Source of the DNA: Flavobacteriales bacterium | Lineage (GTDB): Bacteria; Bacteroidota; Bacteroidia; UBA10329 | Reading direction: 5' to 3' | Assembly (NCBI GenBank): GCA_018402015.1 | Contig: JAGYJL010000005.1 | Coordinates: 7,499-71,498, forward strand | DNA length: 64,000 nucleotides | In this document: one piece after another, positions 40,581-51,389 of the stretch | Numbering within the stretch: the first letter of the stretch is position 1 | Layout: each line of letters begins with the position of its first letter | Made by a program: the position numbers and the translations under genes | Notes under the pieces: generated by a model | What the model was told of the DNA's origin: nothing | The model's input: only the letters and a program-made list of their open reading frames with translations | Database searches by the model: none

Positions 40581-43500
40581 ATGAAAAACCCCATTTTCCG
40601 CGCCCTGATCGCGGCATTACTTTTCTTCGCAGCTATGCCACAAAAGGCGGAAGCATCTCATGCGTTGGGGGCAGAGATCACTTACGAGTGTCTAGGTGGG
40701 GATCAATACCGAATTAGGTTGGTTTTTTATCGCGATTGTGGTGGTATTTCAGCTCCAACAGCTCCATCTATTTCAATCACTTCATCGTGTGGCAATCAAA
40801 CTTTAGGAATGACCTTGCTGCCGCCCGAAGATCCTTTTCCGCCCTTCGATCAGTATTTGGTGCCTTATGAACTTCCCGTTTATTGCGCTCCATCAAACTG
40901 CGGAAATGGAAACAATCCTGGAATCCAGCAATATATTTATGAGGCCACGGCAACTCTCCCACCATGCGCTAACTGGACCTTTAGCTATGATCTATGCTGC
41001 AGATCGGCCTCCATTAACACGATCAGTGCCCCTGGAAGCCAAGACATATATGTGAGCGCTTTTCTGAACAATGCGGCAGCACCATGCAACAATTCGCCAC
41101 AGTTTGATGTGCCAGCTAGAGGATTCCTTTGTTTGAATGAGGACAATACCATTTTGGCCACAGCTTACGATGTAGATGGCGATCTGCTTGTTTATAGCCT
41201 GTACACACCTTGGCATAATCCGGGGCAGAGCGTAAATTACACAGGTGGTTTCAATCCGAACAACCCATTGAGCAACAACTATTACAACTTCAATAATGGT
41301 GTAATAACTACTCAGCCAACTGCCAATGGTCAGATAACGGTTATCGGGGTAATGGTAGAGGAGTACCGAAATGGTGTCCTGATCGGGCGTATTGTTCGAG
41401 ACATGCAGGTGCGAGTGATCAATAATTGCCCGCAGAATCCTGGAAACGATTTCGATATTGATCAGGATGGCGTTTTTGATGAGGATACCATTGTGCTTTG
41501 CGCTGACAATGCAGTTCAGTTGGATGTTTTTTTGAATAACACGCTTCCAGGACTCAACTATACGTTGGTTGCAAATAATGTGGATGATTTCCCAGGAGCT
41601 ACGTTTGTTAATGTGCCAAATGGCTCTGCTCCGGGCGGAATTATGGGTCAGTTTGTTTGGACTCCGGGTCAGGCCGATATCGGCACAAATCAAGTGCTTG
41701 TTTTTACGGCATTTGACGATAACTGCCCCGTGGTAGGTTTTGCCAATTTTACCTATGAGTTCATAATAACAGGGCTAGAATTAGAAGTGGATATTGATAC
41801 AGTAGCCATTTCGTGTACCGACTCGGTTCAAATGAATACTATCGTTTCTAATGGAACCGCACCATACACTTTTCTGTGGAACAACGGCAGTACGGAGTCT
41901 AGTATTTGGGTAACCGCTGGAGAGTATATTGTAACGGTTACCGATGCGGAAGGTTGTATTGGAGACGATACTATTAATGTATTCTACATTGATGATCCAG
42001 TTGCACTTTTCGATCCAGCAAATGGTTGCGTTGATTCTTCAATAACGTTTGTAGATCAATCTTTCAGTAACTATCCAGTTGGATTTCCCCCTATAAACAT
42101 TGTAGATTGGTCATGGGACTTTGGAGACGGATCCACGGCAACAGGTGTTGCAAACCCAAGCCATTCATACACGGCAAGCGGTGAATATACGGTAAGCCTT
42201 ATTGCCACCAACGACCTTGGTTGTGTAGACACTGTGGAAAATATTGTCTGGGCCAATCCGCCCCCGCTGGTTGATTTCAGTTTCAATAATGTTTGTACAG
42301 ACACCCTTTTCACATTTACAGATGCCTCGGTAATCGATACTGGGATAATAGTAGGTTGGGGTTGGGATTTTGGTGATGGAAGCCCACCTGTTCAGGCACA
42401 GAACGCTACTCATCAATATGCAGCTTTCGGTAATTACAACGTTACGTTGGTGGCGGTTTCAGACAGCGGTTGTCCATCTTTCTTGACCCAGCAGGTCTAT
42501 TCATCGCCAGTTCCTGTAGCCGATTTCTCGCCTACAGATGTCTGTAATGGCAATGTTTCAAGTTTCATGGATCTGACCACTGTTGATGCGGGTTCTGTCT
42601 CACAATGGTCATGGGATTTCGGTGACGGAGGAAGCTCAATACTTCAAAATCCTGTGTACACTTATCAGGACACGGGAGTATTCAGCGTAACATTGATAGC
42701 AACTACCGATTCGGTTTGCCGTGACACCATTACGCAAACAGTAACAGTTCACCCAGCTCCAGTTGTTGGTTTCTTTACCGATACGGTCTGTGCTCAGTTG
42801 CCAATGACCTTTACTGATACGTCTTCAACACCTTCAGGAACCATCGTTTCTTGGTCATGGTATTTTGGAAATGGAGGTATTTCAAGTAACCAGAATACCT
42901 CCAACGTTTATGCTTTGGGCGGACAGTACATAGCATCGCTGGCCGTTGAAACAGACCTTGGTTGTATCGACACGATGTCTCAGACCGTGATCGTTTACCC
43001 CAAACCGAATGCAGCGTTCTTGACCCTCGCAGCCTGTTTGAACGATACGAACAATTTCACAGATCAATCAACGGTAGCCACTGGTTCTCAAATAGTAAGC
43101 TGGAATTGGGATTATGGTGATAACTCCGGTTTTTCCACCGATCAGAATCCTTCGTATGTATTCGGAAATAGCGGCATTTACAATGTTGAGTTAATTACAG
43201 AAACAGATAATGGTTGTTTAGACACCGTAGTAAATCCAACACAAGTATTTGACCTACCTGTGGCTGACTTTACTTTCTCTAACGAATGCTTGTATGACGC
43301 AGCCGTTTTTCAGAATACTTCTAGCATTCCTTCAGGATCTATTACCACATACTTATGGGATTTTGGAGATGGAGATGTTGCCAACGTTCAGCAACCGGTA
43401 GGGCAGTTGTACGATACGGCCGGATTGTATGACGTTCAACTCATTACTGTTTCAAACAACGGTTGTTTGGACACAATTCTCCAAACGATAGAAATGTATC

Positions 43501-44822
43501 CTGTGCCAACAGCTATGTTCACATACGATTCTGTGTGCTATCCGTTTGCAACATCATTCACCGACCTGTCTTCTGTTGGCGGAGCATACAATGTCATTGA
43601 TTGGACATGGAAATTCGGAGATGGAATTATCAATAGTGGAACTCAAAATCCAACTCACGCCTATACTGAATGGGGAGATTATTCGGTACAACTTACTGTA
43701 GAGACAGATGCAGGTTGTGTTGCCGATATTACGCTAGGTCCGGCAAGAGTATATCCGAAGCCAGAGGCAGATTTCAGCGATGATATTGCCAATTGCCTTA
43801 ACGATACAACGTTGTTCGAAGATTTATCTTCTGTAGAAAACTACCCGTTTGACGAGTTGGTGGCGTGGAATTGGAATTTCGCAGATGGAACCTCTAGCCC
43901 AGTACAAGACACGATTCATGTTTACGCGGCTCATGGTTTTTATGGTGTCGAATTGGCTGTTACAACCAATAATGGTTGTCAGGACACACTTGTACAGCCA
44001 GTGGAAATTTATCCGCTGCCGCAAGTAGCGTTTACAGTAGATACGAATTTGGGTTGTCAACCATTCAGAGCATGGTTTACGGATCTTACCACTATTCCAG
44101 ATCCATACTTACTTACTTCTTGGGAGTGGAATTTTGGAGATGGTCCTGGAACTGTTTCAACCAGAAATCCGGAGCACACTTATTGGGATGAGGATCTGGG
44201 CGATTTTGATACCGGCATCTATTCTGTTTCGTTGGAAGTTACTTCTGCCAATGGCTGTATTTCAGATACAACGTATGTTGACTACATGATAGAGTATCCA
44301 AAGCCTGATGCACTTTTCTCGGTTGATCCAGAGCGAACGGATATCATCTTCCCAAAATTCAGAATAACCGATCTTGCTTCTCCTAATGTGGTCAATTGGA
44401 GCTATCAGTGGGGCGATGGGGCTACAGCCAACATTCCTAATCCTGTTCACGAATATTCTGATACTGGATATTACAACATCACACAGATCGTGGCCACGGA
44501 GTTTGGTTGTTTGGATACCGCTGATGTAACGGTACGTGTCGATCCGGAATTCAGATTCTACATTCCATCCGCCTTTACGCCAGATGCCGATGGAGTTAAC
44601 GAAGAATTCTTTGGTTCAGGAATCGGAATAGTAGAGTACAATATGCAGATATGGGATAGGTGGGGAGAGCTGATATTTGAATCGAATGATGCGGATTACC
44701 ATTGGGATGGTTCTTACAGAGGCGCACAGGTTCAGAAAGGAGTTTATATCTATCAATTTGACCTGTTAGACATCAAAGGAGAGCCTCATAAGTACAGAGG
44801 TCATGTAACCTTATTCAGGTAG
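40581..44822 (+). CDS. T9SS type B surface protein with multiple PKD domains
   Basis: ASHALGAEITY; about ten W.WDFGDG...NP.H.Y...G.Y.V.L PKD units; CTD FYIPSAFTPDADGVNE...WDRWGE...WDG. Confidence 0.93.
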   Translation: MKNPIFRALIAALLFFAAMPQKAEASHALGAEITYECLGGDQYRIRLVFYRDCGGISAPTAPSISITSSCGNQTLGMTLLPPEDPFPPFDQYLVPYELPVYCAPSNCGNGNNPGIQQYIYEATATLPPCANWTFSYDLCCRSASINTISAPGSQDIYVSAFLNNAAAPCNNSPQFDVPARGFLCLNEDNTILATAYDVDGDLLVYSLYTPWHNPGQSVNYTGGFNPNNPLSNNYYNFNNGVITTQPTANGQITVIGVMVEEYRNGVLIGRIVRDMQVRVINNCPQNPGNDFDIDQDGVFDEDTIVLCADNAVQLDVFLNNTLPGLNYTLVANNVDDFPGATFVNVPNGSAPGGIMGQFVWTPGQADIGTNQVLVFTAFDDNCPVVGFANFTYEFIITGLELEVDIDTVAISCTDSVQMNTIVSNGTAPYTFLWNNGSTESSIWVTAGEYIVTVTDAEGCIGDDTINVFYIDDPVALFDPANGCVDSSITFVDQSFSNYPVGFPPINIVDWSWDFGDGSTATGVANPSHSYTASGEYTVSLIATNDLGCVDTVENIVWANPPPLVDFSFNNVCTDTLFTFTDASVIDTGIIVGWGWDFGDGSPPVQAQNATHQYAAFGNYNVTLVAVSDSGCPSFLTQQVYSSPVPVADFSPTDVCNGNVSSFMDLTTVDAGSVSQWSWDFGDGGSSILQNPVYTYQDTGVFSVTLIATTDSVCRDTITQTVTVHPAPVVGFFTDTVCAQLPMTFTDTSSTPSGTIVSWSWYFGNGGISSNQNTSNVYALGGQYIASLAVETDLGCIDTMSQTVIVYPKPNAAFLTLAACLNDTNNFTDQSTVATGSQIVSWNWDYGDNSGFSTDQNPSYVFGNSGIYNVELITETDNGCLDTVVNPTQVFDLPVADFTFSNECLYDAAVFQNTSSIPSGSITTYLWDFGDGDVANVQQPVGQLYDTAGLYDVQLITVSNNGCLDTILQTIEMYPVPTAMFTYDSVCYPFATSFTDLSSVGGAYNVIDWTWKFGDGIINSGTQNPTHAYTEWGDYSVQLTVETDAGCVADITLGPARVYPKPEADFSDDIANCLNDTTLFEDLSSVENYPFDELVAWNWNFADGTSSPVQDTIHVYAAHGFYGVELAVTTNNGCQDTLVQPVEIYPLPQVAFTVDTNLGCQPFRAWFTDLTTIPDPYLLTSWEWNFGDGPGTVSTRNPEHTYWDEDLGDFDTGIYSVSLEVTSANGCISDTTYVDYMIEYPKPDALFSVDPERTDIIFPKFRITDLASPNVVNWSYQWGDGATANIPNPVHEYSDTGYYNITQIVATEFGCLDTADVTVRVDPEFRFYIPSAFTPDADGVNEEFFGSGIGIVEYNMQIWDRWGELIFESNDADYHWDGSYRGAQVQKGVYIYQFDLLDIKGEPHKYRGHVTLFR

Positions 44823-44848
44823 TGGAGTAGAGGCCGCAGGATTAAATA

Positions 44849-47800
44849 ATGATTACACGTACAGTCACACTTCTTCTTCTTGTCATTTGCGCACTGAATT
44901 CGGCTTATGCTCAATATCAGTTGAACGGTTCTGCCAGTCAAATATCTTGTAACTGTTACGAGCTTACTCCAGATGTATCGAATGTTGGTGGCTCTGTGTG
45001 GAATGTGAACCAGATTGACCTCAATAACCCATTCGACTTTAATTTTGAAGTTTGGTTAGGTTGTGATGATTGGGGCGCTGATGGAATCGGATTTGTTTTA
45101 CAACCGCTCAATGTCAATCAAGGTGGAATTTCGAGTTCGTTAGGTTACGGTGGAGTTTCGCCTTCCATAGCTATCGAGATCGATACATGGCCTAATGACG
45201 TTACCATGAGCGATCCACCACAGGATCACATCGCCATAATGCAAAATGGCACTACCAATCATGCTACTGCAGGTAATCTCGCGGGTCCGGTAACTGCCAG
45301 TGCCAGTCAAACCAATATTGAAGATTGTGCTTGGCACGATGTGAGAATTGTTTGGAGTCCGACCTTGAATTCCTTGACCGTTTACTTTGATGGAGTTTTT
45401 AGAACCAGTTACACCGGAAACATCATCGCTAACATTTTCGGAGGTAATTCGATGGTTTATTGGGGCTGGACAGGAGGAACGGGCGGTGCCAGTTCGGATC
45501 AACGATTCTGTAATACCATCGACCCCGATTTTGATGTGGTGAGCAACACAACCTGTGTTGGTTCATCTATCCAGTTTGAGGATGTTTCTATCACATCGGC
45601 TGGAAATATTTCCAATTATAGCTGGAACTTTGATGACGGATCAACAGGTTCCGGTGCGCCCATTTCTCACGTTTTTAACAATCCTGGAACATACGATGTT
45701 GAATTGACCATCACTTCTGAAGGATGCAGTGACGTAACTACTATTCCGGTTACCATCGATCCTTCGCCTGTGGTAAACTTAGGTCCTGATATTACGCTCT
45801 GTGCTGGCGCTACTGCACAGTTGAATAGCCCGAATACGCTTGGAAGTGGTACATATAGTTGGTCACCGATCACAGCACTTAGTAATGGAACTGCTCCAAG
45901 TCCAACTACATCCGCTTCAAACAATATTACTTACACGCTCACTTTTACGTCCAATACGGGTTGTTCTGATTCGGACGATATTGCTGTGACCGTTAGTAAT
46001 GGACCTACCGCCAATGCTGGGCCAGATGCCACTATTTGTGAGGGAGAACAGGTTCAGCTGCAAGCCAGTGGAGGTACATCCTACAGTTGGTCTCCAACTG
46101 CAACGTTAGATAATTCGTCAATTGCTGCACCTACAGCATCACCTTTAGCCAATACAACTTATACGGTTACTGTTTCGGACGCCAGCAACTGCACAGCCAC
46201 AGACGATGTAACCATTACGGTTGTGCAAGCGCCAAGTTTGGATGCTGGCCAAGATCAGAATGTCTGTGAGGGAGATATGGTGCAATTGAATGCAATTGGA
46301 ACAGGAACTTTCGCATGGTCTCCGTCTACTGGACTAAGTAGTGTTTCTATTGCTGATCCAACAGCTTCACCATCGAGTACCATTACCTATACCGTTACCC
46401 TAACGGATGCAAATAACTGTACAGCAACCGATGATGTACTCATCAGTGTTGACCCGATTCCAGTGGCGGATTTTACGGATCCAACGCCTGTCTGTAACGG
46501 AAATGCTGTCCAGTTTTCAGATAATTCAACTGGTACAATTGCCAATTACGTTTGGGAGTTTGGAGATGGGCAGTTTGGTCAAGGTGCCAACCCAACGCAC
46601 GTTTACCCCGATCTTGGAACCTATCAGGTTACACTTACTGTGGTCAGTGCCAACGGATGTACATCTACAGCCAATGGAATCGCGCAAGTAGTTGATGGAC
46701 CAGTACCAGATTTTGCAATAGATAATGGCCCCGATCTATGCGTAAATGAGTTGCTGGAAATTTCAGACAATAGCTACGGACCAATTGCTACATATGCGTG
46801 GGATTTCGGAAACGGGACCACCTCATCCGATCCTGCTCCTGTATTCCAGTATGCTGCGCCAGGTTCGTATACTGTTGAGTTGACTTTGATAGCACCTGAT
46901 CAATGTGCCAATACGCAAACCGTTGCTGTACAGGTTTATCCACTTCCAGTAGCCGATTTCAACTTTGGAACCGCTTGTGTTTTTGAGCTGATTTCCTTTT
47001 CAGATCAATCATCGGTAAGCGCAGGTTCCATTGTTGGTTGGGAATGGTCGTTCGGAGATGGAACTGCTGTAACATATGGAGCCAATCCTACGCATTCTTT
47101 CAGTGCAGAGAGTTCTTACACGGTTACTATGATTGCGCAAACAGCGGCCGGATGTAGAGATACAATACAAGATGTGGTATCGGTCAATCCAACACCTGTG
47201 GTATCTATTTCAGGAGTTAATGGCTGCGTTGGTTCCGACATCAGCTTTGTTAATAATACAACTCCTAACAACAATACAATTGTTCAGTGGAATTGGTCTT
47301 TTGGCGATGGACAAACGAGCACAATTCTAGCGCCTGCCCATGCTTATTCCAATCTTGGCGAGTACACCGTTGAGTTGGAAGCAACTTCAGATCGTGGTTG
47401 CGTTGGATCTGGCTCTACAACAATCGATGTTCATCCCTATCCTGAATCGGGTTTCAATTTTTCCAGTTATGAAGGATGTGCTCCGTTGGACGTGACCTTT
47501 GTTGATGAGTCAACCATCAATTCCAATTATTCCATAGGAAGTTATGAGTGGATATTTGGGGATGGTTCCTCTTCTTCCGCAACTGATCCTGCACACACGT
47601 ATAATTCATCGGGCAATTTTGATGTGACCTTGATAACTACTACCCAAGGAACTGGCTGTTCCGATACGCTTACGTTAACGCAGTTGATCTCGGTCTATCT
47701 TACTCCAGAAGCATCCTTCTTCTACAGCCCTACGGATGCAACCATGTTGGATCCGCGCATTCGTTTCACCAATACATCAGTTAATGCGGCCGATTATATC

Positions 47801-48217
47801 TGGGATTTTGGAGATGGTAATTCGTCAGAACTTGCTAATCCGGTCAATTACTATCCAGAAGAAGGTGATTACACCGTTACGCTGGTAGCTAACAATGGAA
47901 TCTGCACATCTAGAACGGTTCAGGAAATACATATCGATCCGGAAACATTCATTTACATACCAAATGCATTCACGCCAAATGGAGATGGCTTAAACGATGT
48001 GTTTATCCCGCAAGGAATTGGTATCGAGCGTTTCAACATGACCATTTATGATCGATGGGGAAAAGAACTGTACTACACCAATACCATTACTGAACCTTGG
48101 AGAGGTTGGTACAATGGACTTGAATTGCCCAACGACAGTTACGTTTATAGGATTGAGATTCTGGATGTGAATGAAGAGGTCAGAGTCTTCCGCGGAAGCG
48201 TTAACCTGGTTCGCTGA
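44849..48217 (+). CDS. T9SS type B surface protein with N-terminal legume-lectin-like domain and PKD repeats
   Basis: GSVW..QIDL..PFDF, GADGIGFVLQ, IAIEIDT, VYWGWTGGTGG; PKD repeats; CTD IYIPNAFTPNGDGLND. Confidence 0.92.
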   Translation: MITRTVTLLLLVICALNSAYAQYQLNGSASQISCNCYELTPDVSNVGGSVWNVNQIDLNNPFDFNFEVWLGCDDWGADGIGFVLQPLNVNQGGISSSLGYGGVSPSIAIEIDTWPNDVTMSDPPQDHIAIMQNGTTNHATAGNLAGPVTASASQTNIEDCAWHDVRIVWSPTLNSLTVYFDGVFRTSYTGNIIANIFGGNSMVYWGWTGGTGGASSDQRFCNTIDPDFDVVSNTTCVGSSIQFEDVSITSAGNISNYSWNFDDGSTGSGAPISHVFNNPGTYDVELTITSEGCSDVTTIPVTIDPSPVVNLGPDITLCAGATAQLNSPNTLGSGTYSWSPITALSNGTAPSPTTSASNNITYTLTFTSNTGCSDSDDIAVTVSNGPTANAGPDATICEGEQVQLQASGGTSYSWSPTATLDNSSIAAPTASPLANTTYTVTVSDASNCTATDDVTITVVQAPSLDAGQDQNVCEGDMVQLNAIGTGTFAWSPSTGLSSVSIADPTASPSSTITYTVTLTDANNCTATDDVLISVDPIPVADFTDPTPVCNGNAVQFSDNSTGTIANYVWEFGDGQFGQGANPTHVYPDLGTYQVTLTVVSANGCTSTANGIAQVVDGPVPDFAIDNGPDLCVNELLEISDNSYGPIATYAWDFGNGTTSSDPAPVFQYAAPGSYTVELTLIAPDQCANTQTVAVQVYPLPVADFNFGTACVFELISFSDQSSVSAGSIVGWEWSFGDGTAVTYGANPTHSFSAESSYTVTMIAQTAAGCRDTIQDVVSVNPTPVVSISGVNGCVGSDISFVNNTTPNNNTIVQWNWSFGDGQTSTILAPAHAYSNLGEYTVELEATSDRGCVGSGSTTIDVHPYPESGFNFSSYEGCAPLDVTFVDESTINSNYSIGSYEWIFGDGSSSSATDPAHTYNSSGNFDVTLITTTQGTGCSDTLTLTQLISVYLTPEASFFYSPTDATMLDPRIRFTNTSVNAADYIWDFGDGNSSELANPVNYYPEEGDYTVTLVANNGICTSRTVQEIHIDPETFIYIPNAFTPNGDGLNDVFIPQGIGIERFNMTIYDRWGKELYYTNTITEPWRGWYNGLELPNDSYVYRIEILDVNEEVRVFRGSVNLVR

Positions 48218-48868
48218 TCAGCGGAAATCAACCACATCGTAGCCATCAGCTTCAAACTGCTTCAGCGTTAAGTTGAAAACGGTATCAGACAACCCAGAGT
48301 TTGTTTTCATTTCTTTTACCTCCAGCAGATAGTTGGTTCCATCTTTGCCGAAAGTTTTTGAATAAACGATGTGATTTGTCTTCTTATCAATTCCTAATCG
48401 TACACGAGAATACGGCTTCTTGCCTGGGTCTTCTGGAAAAAGATCGACCGTGTTTACGGCTTTGCCACCTATCGTTTCTTCCGCAAAGAACTTGGATTTG
48501 TAGCCTTTATCATATTGGTTGAATATGTTGGATGGGTCGAGGTCTGTTTCTTCCTTGAACTCCTCAATAGACTTGATATGTACCTCCATATCTTCCTTCA
48601 TCACATACCAAACAACTTTTCCATCGCTATAGATATCCTGTCCCATCAATTCCAAGTGGAACTTGTTGCCCATAAGAGTAAGCTTTCCAGATCGGGTGTC
48701 GTTAATTCCAGCTTCCGCGTTCTCTAGCGTGTAACTGAACGTTACTGAAATATCCTTATATGCTTGGTTCGTCTTTCCAACCTGCTCAAGAATGGCAGCC
48801 GCCTTTTCGTCAGATTGCGCCAATAACGACAAAGGAAAAAGGAGAAGCGTAAATATGTTTTTGATCAT
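48218..48868 (-). CDS. lolA: Outer-membrane lipoprotein carrier LolA family protein
   Basis: Signal peptide, KAAAILEQV, G.L.LMGNKF, YSDGKVVW, DPSNIF..Y.KGY; directly downstream of ftsK. Confidence 0.85.
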   Translation of the reverse strand: MIKNIFTLLLFPLSLLAQSDEKAAAILEQVGKTNQAYKDISVTFSYTLENAEAGINDTRSGKLTLMGNKFHLELMGQDIYSDGKVVWYVMKEDMEVHIKSIEEFKEETDLDPSNIFNQYDKGYKSKFFAEETIGGKAVNTVDLFPEDPGKKPYSRVRLGIDKKTNHIVYSKTFGKDGTNYLLEVKEMKTNSGLSDTVFNLTLKQFEADGYDVVDFR

Positions 48869-48871
48869 TTC

Positions 48872-51298
48872 TTAATATGTGTCATTGTTGCTTTGCAACT
48901 TCTGTTCCAAACTCATTTCATCTTGAATAAGAACCTGTCTGGCCTTACTTCCTTCGAATGGTCCGATTATTCCAGCAGCTTCCAATTGATCTACAATTCT
49001 TCCAGCCCTGTTGTAGCCAAGCTTCAGTCTACGCTGTAAAAGTGAGGCAGAGCCTTGCTGATGTTGGACAACTATTCGTGCAGCCTCATCAAATAGGGCA
49101 TCTCGATCGCCAATGTCAATTCCACCGCCATCGCCACCACCACTTTCATCAATATACTCTGGCAATTCAAATGCCGATGGGTAAGCCTGCTGACCACCGA
49201 TCCAATCGCAAACTTTTTCTACTTCTGGAGTGTCGATAAAGGCGCACTGAATACGGATCATATCATTACCTGTGCTAAGAAGCATATCACCACGACCGAT
49301 CAACTGATCGGCACCACCTGCATCGAGAATGGTTCTAGAGTCGATCTTAGAAGTTACGCGAAAGGCGATTCGTGCCGGGAAATTCGCTTTGATGGTACCC
49401 GTAATGATATTGACAGATGGGCGCTGCGTGGCAATGATCAAGTGGATTCCAATAGCCCGTGCCAATTGAGCCAATCGAGCAATTGGTGTTTCCACTTCCT
49501 TTCCTGCGGTCATTATCAGATCGGCAAACTCATCCACTACCAGTACTATGTAAGGAAGGAATTTGTGCCCCTCTTTTGGATTGAGTTTTCGGGCAATGAA
49601 TTTGGCGTTGTACTCCTTGAGGTTCCTACACTGAGCATTTTTCAGCATCTCATACCTATTGTCCATTTCTAAACACAAGGAGTTCAGTGTAGTGACAACT
49701 TTCTGCGTGTCGGTAATGATCGCCTCTTCTGTATCGGGAAGTTTGGCCAAAAAGTGCCGTTCTATTTTATTGAACAGCGTTAACTCAACCTTTTTAGGGT
49801 CAACCAGCACAAATTTTACCTGCGCAGGATGTTTCTTGTAAAGTATGGAGGCTAGAATACAGTTCAATCCCACCGATTTACCTTGCCCAGTAGCACCTGC
49901 CATAAGCAAGTGAGGCATCTTGGTAAGGTCTGTAACGTAGGTTTCGTTGCTAATGGTCTTACCGAGCGCAATAGGCAGGTCCATTTTTGAGTGCTGGAAT
50001 TTTTCTGAACTCAGAGCAGCTTTCATAGAAACCGTGTCCGGGTTTTGATTCGGCACTTCAATACCAATTGTTCCTTTTCCAGGAATAGGAGCGATAATTC
50101 TGATTCCTAGTGCCGAAAGGCTCAAAGCAATATCGTCTTCAAGATTTTTGATCTTCGAAATTCGAATTCCAGGTGCGGGAACTATCTCGTAAAGTGTAAC
50201 GGTAGGGCCGATGGTGGCCTTGATCCGATCGATCTCAATATTGTAATTCTTCAGCGTGGAAACGATGCGATTCTTGTTCGTCTCCAATTCTTCTTGGTCT
50301 ACAGAAATCTCACCTTTTCCATACGATTCCAAGAGATCCAATCCAGGTTTTTTGTAATGACTTAGATCCAATGTTGGGTCGTATTCGCCCATTCCTTCGC
50401 CATCTTCTTCTTCAACGGTCTCTTCCGATACAACCGTCTGTTCTACTTCGAACATGACGTCAGAATTTTCAACCTCAGGTTCACTTCGAATTGGGGTTGG
50501 AGATGCAGCGGTTTCCTTTACAGATGGTTCAAGTTCTAATGGGGTTTCGAATTCTTGCTCATCGGGTTCTTCTTCAACCAATTTTTCAGCAACTGCCGTT
50601 GTTAGATTCAGTTCGTTGGTCTTTACAGTAACATCAGCAATAGCCTCAAATTCTTGCTCAGCTTCGGGTTCTTTCGATTCTTTTGGTTTTCCTGCCAACA
50701 TTGATTTGATGCCATCAATCGAGAAATTGAAAACAATTGCCAAATACACAATTGAAACGAAGACCAATAGCAACGCAATACCCGCAGAGCCGATAAGACT
50801 CGCTGTCCACCGGTTAAGTTGATAACCTAATGATCCTGACAGGATTGAATTTTCTTCGAATAGGTATCCCATAGTAAGAGGAAGAAAATAGAGGAAGAAC
50901 AGTGTGTGCTTAAGCGACCTGCCAATAGGCAATAAGGTTTTTCGGAATAGAATTTTGAACCCGATCAGAATCAGAATAAACGGAAATAAGAATGCTGCAA
51001 GCCCGAACCAATTGTAGATGAACAGTTCGCCAAGGAAAGCTCCAAGTTTGCCCATCCAATTACTAACCTGTTCGTCTGGATCTGCAAGCGTGTCAACAAA
51101 ATCCTGCAGCTGACTCTGATCGGTGAACCCATCGATCATGTAAGACACAAATGAAAGTGTTAGAAACGCGGAGATTACCAGAAAGAAGATTCCAGTTACC
51201 GTCCTTGTCCGAGCATCGCCAAGAAATTCAAGAAGACCGTTCTTCTTGGACTTGGAAGTGTTCTTTTTTGAGGTTGATTTTTCCTGTTTTTCAGCCAT
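48872..51298 (-). CDS. ftsK: DNA translocase FtsK
   Basis: 4TM N-terminus; IRIIAPIPGK, PHLLMAGATGQGKS, VDEFADL, ATQRPSV, gamma domain LLQRRLKLGYNRAGR. Confidence 0.98.
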   Translation of the reverse strand: MAEKQEKSTSKKNTSKSKKNGLLEFLGDARTRTVTGIFFLVISAFLTLSFVSYMIDGFTDQSQLQDFVDTLADPDEQVSNWMGKLGAFLGELFIYNWFGLAAFLFPFILILIGFKILFRKTLLPIGRSLKHTLFFLYFLPLTMGYLFEENSILSGSLGYQLNRWTASLIGSAGIALLLVFVSIVYLAIVFNFSIDGIKSMLAGKPKESKEPEAEQEFEAIADVTVKTNELNLTTAVAEKLVEEEPDEQEFETPLELEPSVKETAASPTPIRSEPEVENSDVMFEVEQTVVSEETVEEEDGEGMGEYDPTLDLSHYKKPGLDLLESYGKGEISVDQEELETNKNRIVSTLKNYNIEIDRIKATIGPTVTLYEIVPAPGIRISKIKNLEDDIALSLSALGIRIIAPIPGKGTIGIEVPNQNPDTVSMKAALSSEKFQHSKMDLPIALGKTISNETYVTDLTKMPHLLMAGATGQGKSVGLNCILASILYKKHPAQVKFVLVDPKKVELTLFNKIERHFLAKLPDTEEAIITDTQKVVTTLNSLCLEMDNRYEMLKNAQCRNLKEYNAKFIARKLNPKEGHKFLPYIVLVVDEFADLIMTAGKEVETPIARLAQLARAIGIHLIIATQRPSVNIITGTIKANFPARIAFRVTSKIDSRTILDAGGADQLIGRGDMLLSTGNDMIRIQCAFIDTPEVEKVCDWIGGQQAYPSAFELPEYIDESGGGDGGGIDIGDRDALFDEAARIVVQHQQGSASLLQRRLKLGYNRAGRIVDQLEAAGIIGPFEGSKARQVLIQDEMSLEQKLQSNNDTY

Positions 51299-51389
51299 TC
51301 CGCCCTACGTTCCCAAATGTAAGAAAAACCCGAACAAGCGTACAGCACGGGCCTTTAACAGAACGCTGAGAAAAGAAAGATATTCTGAA

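Noticed and set aside
27167-48217. Diversity-generating retroelement or DNA-level repeats in the large surface proteins
   Set aside because: Repeats are at the protein level and diverged in DNA; I saw no reverse transcriptase or adenine-specific TR/VR pair.
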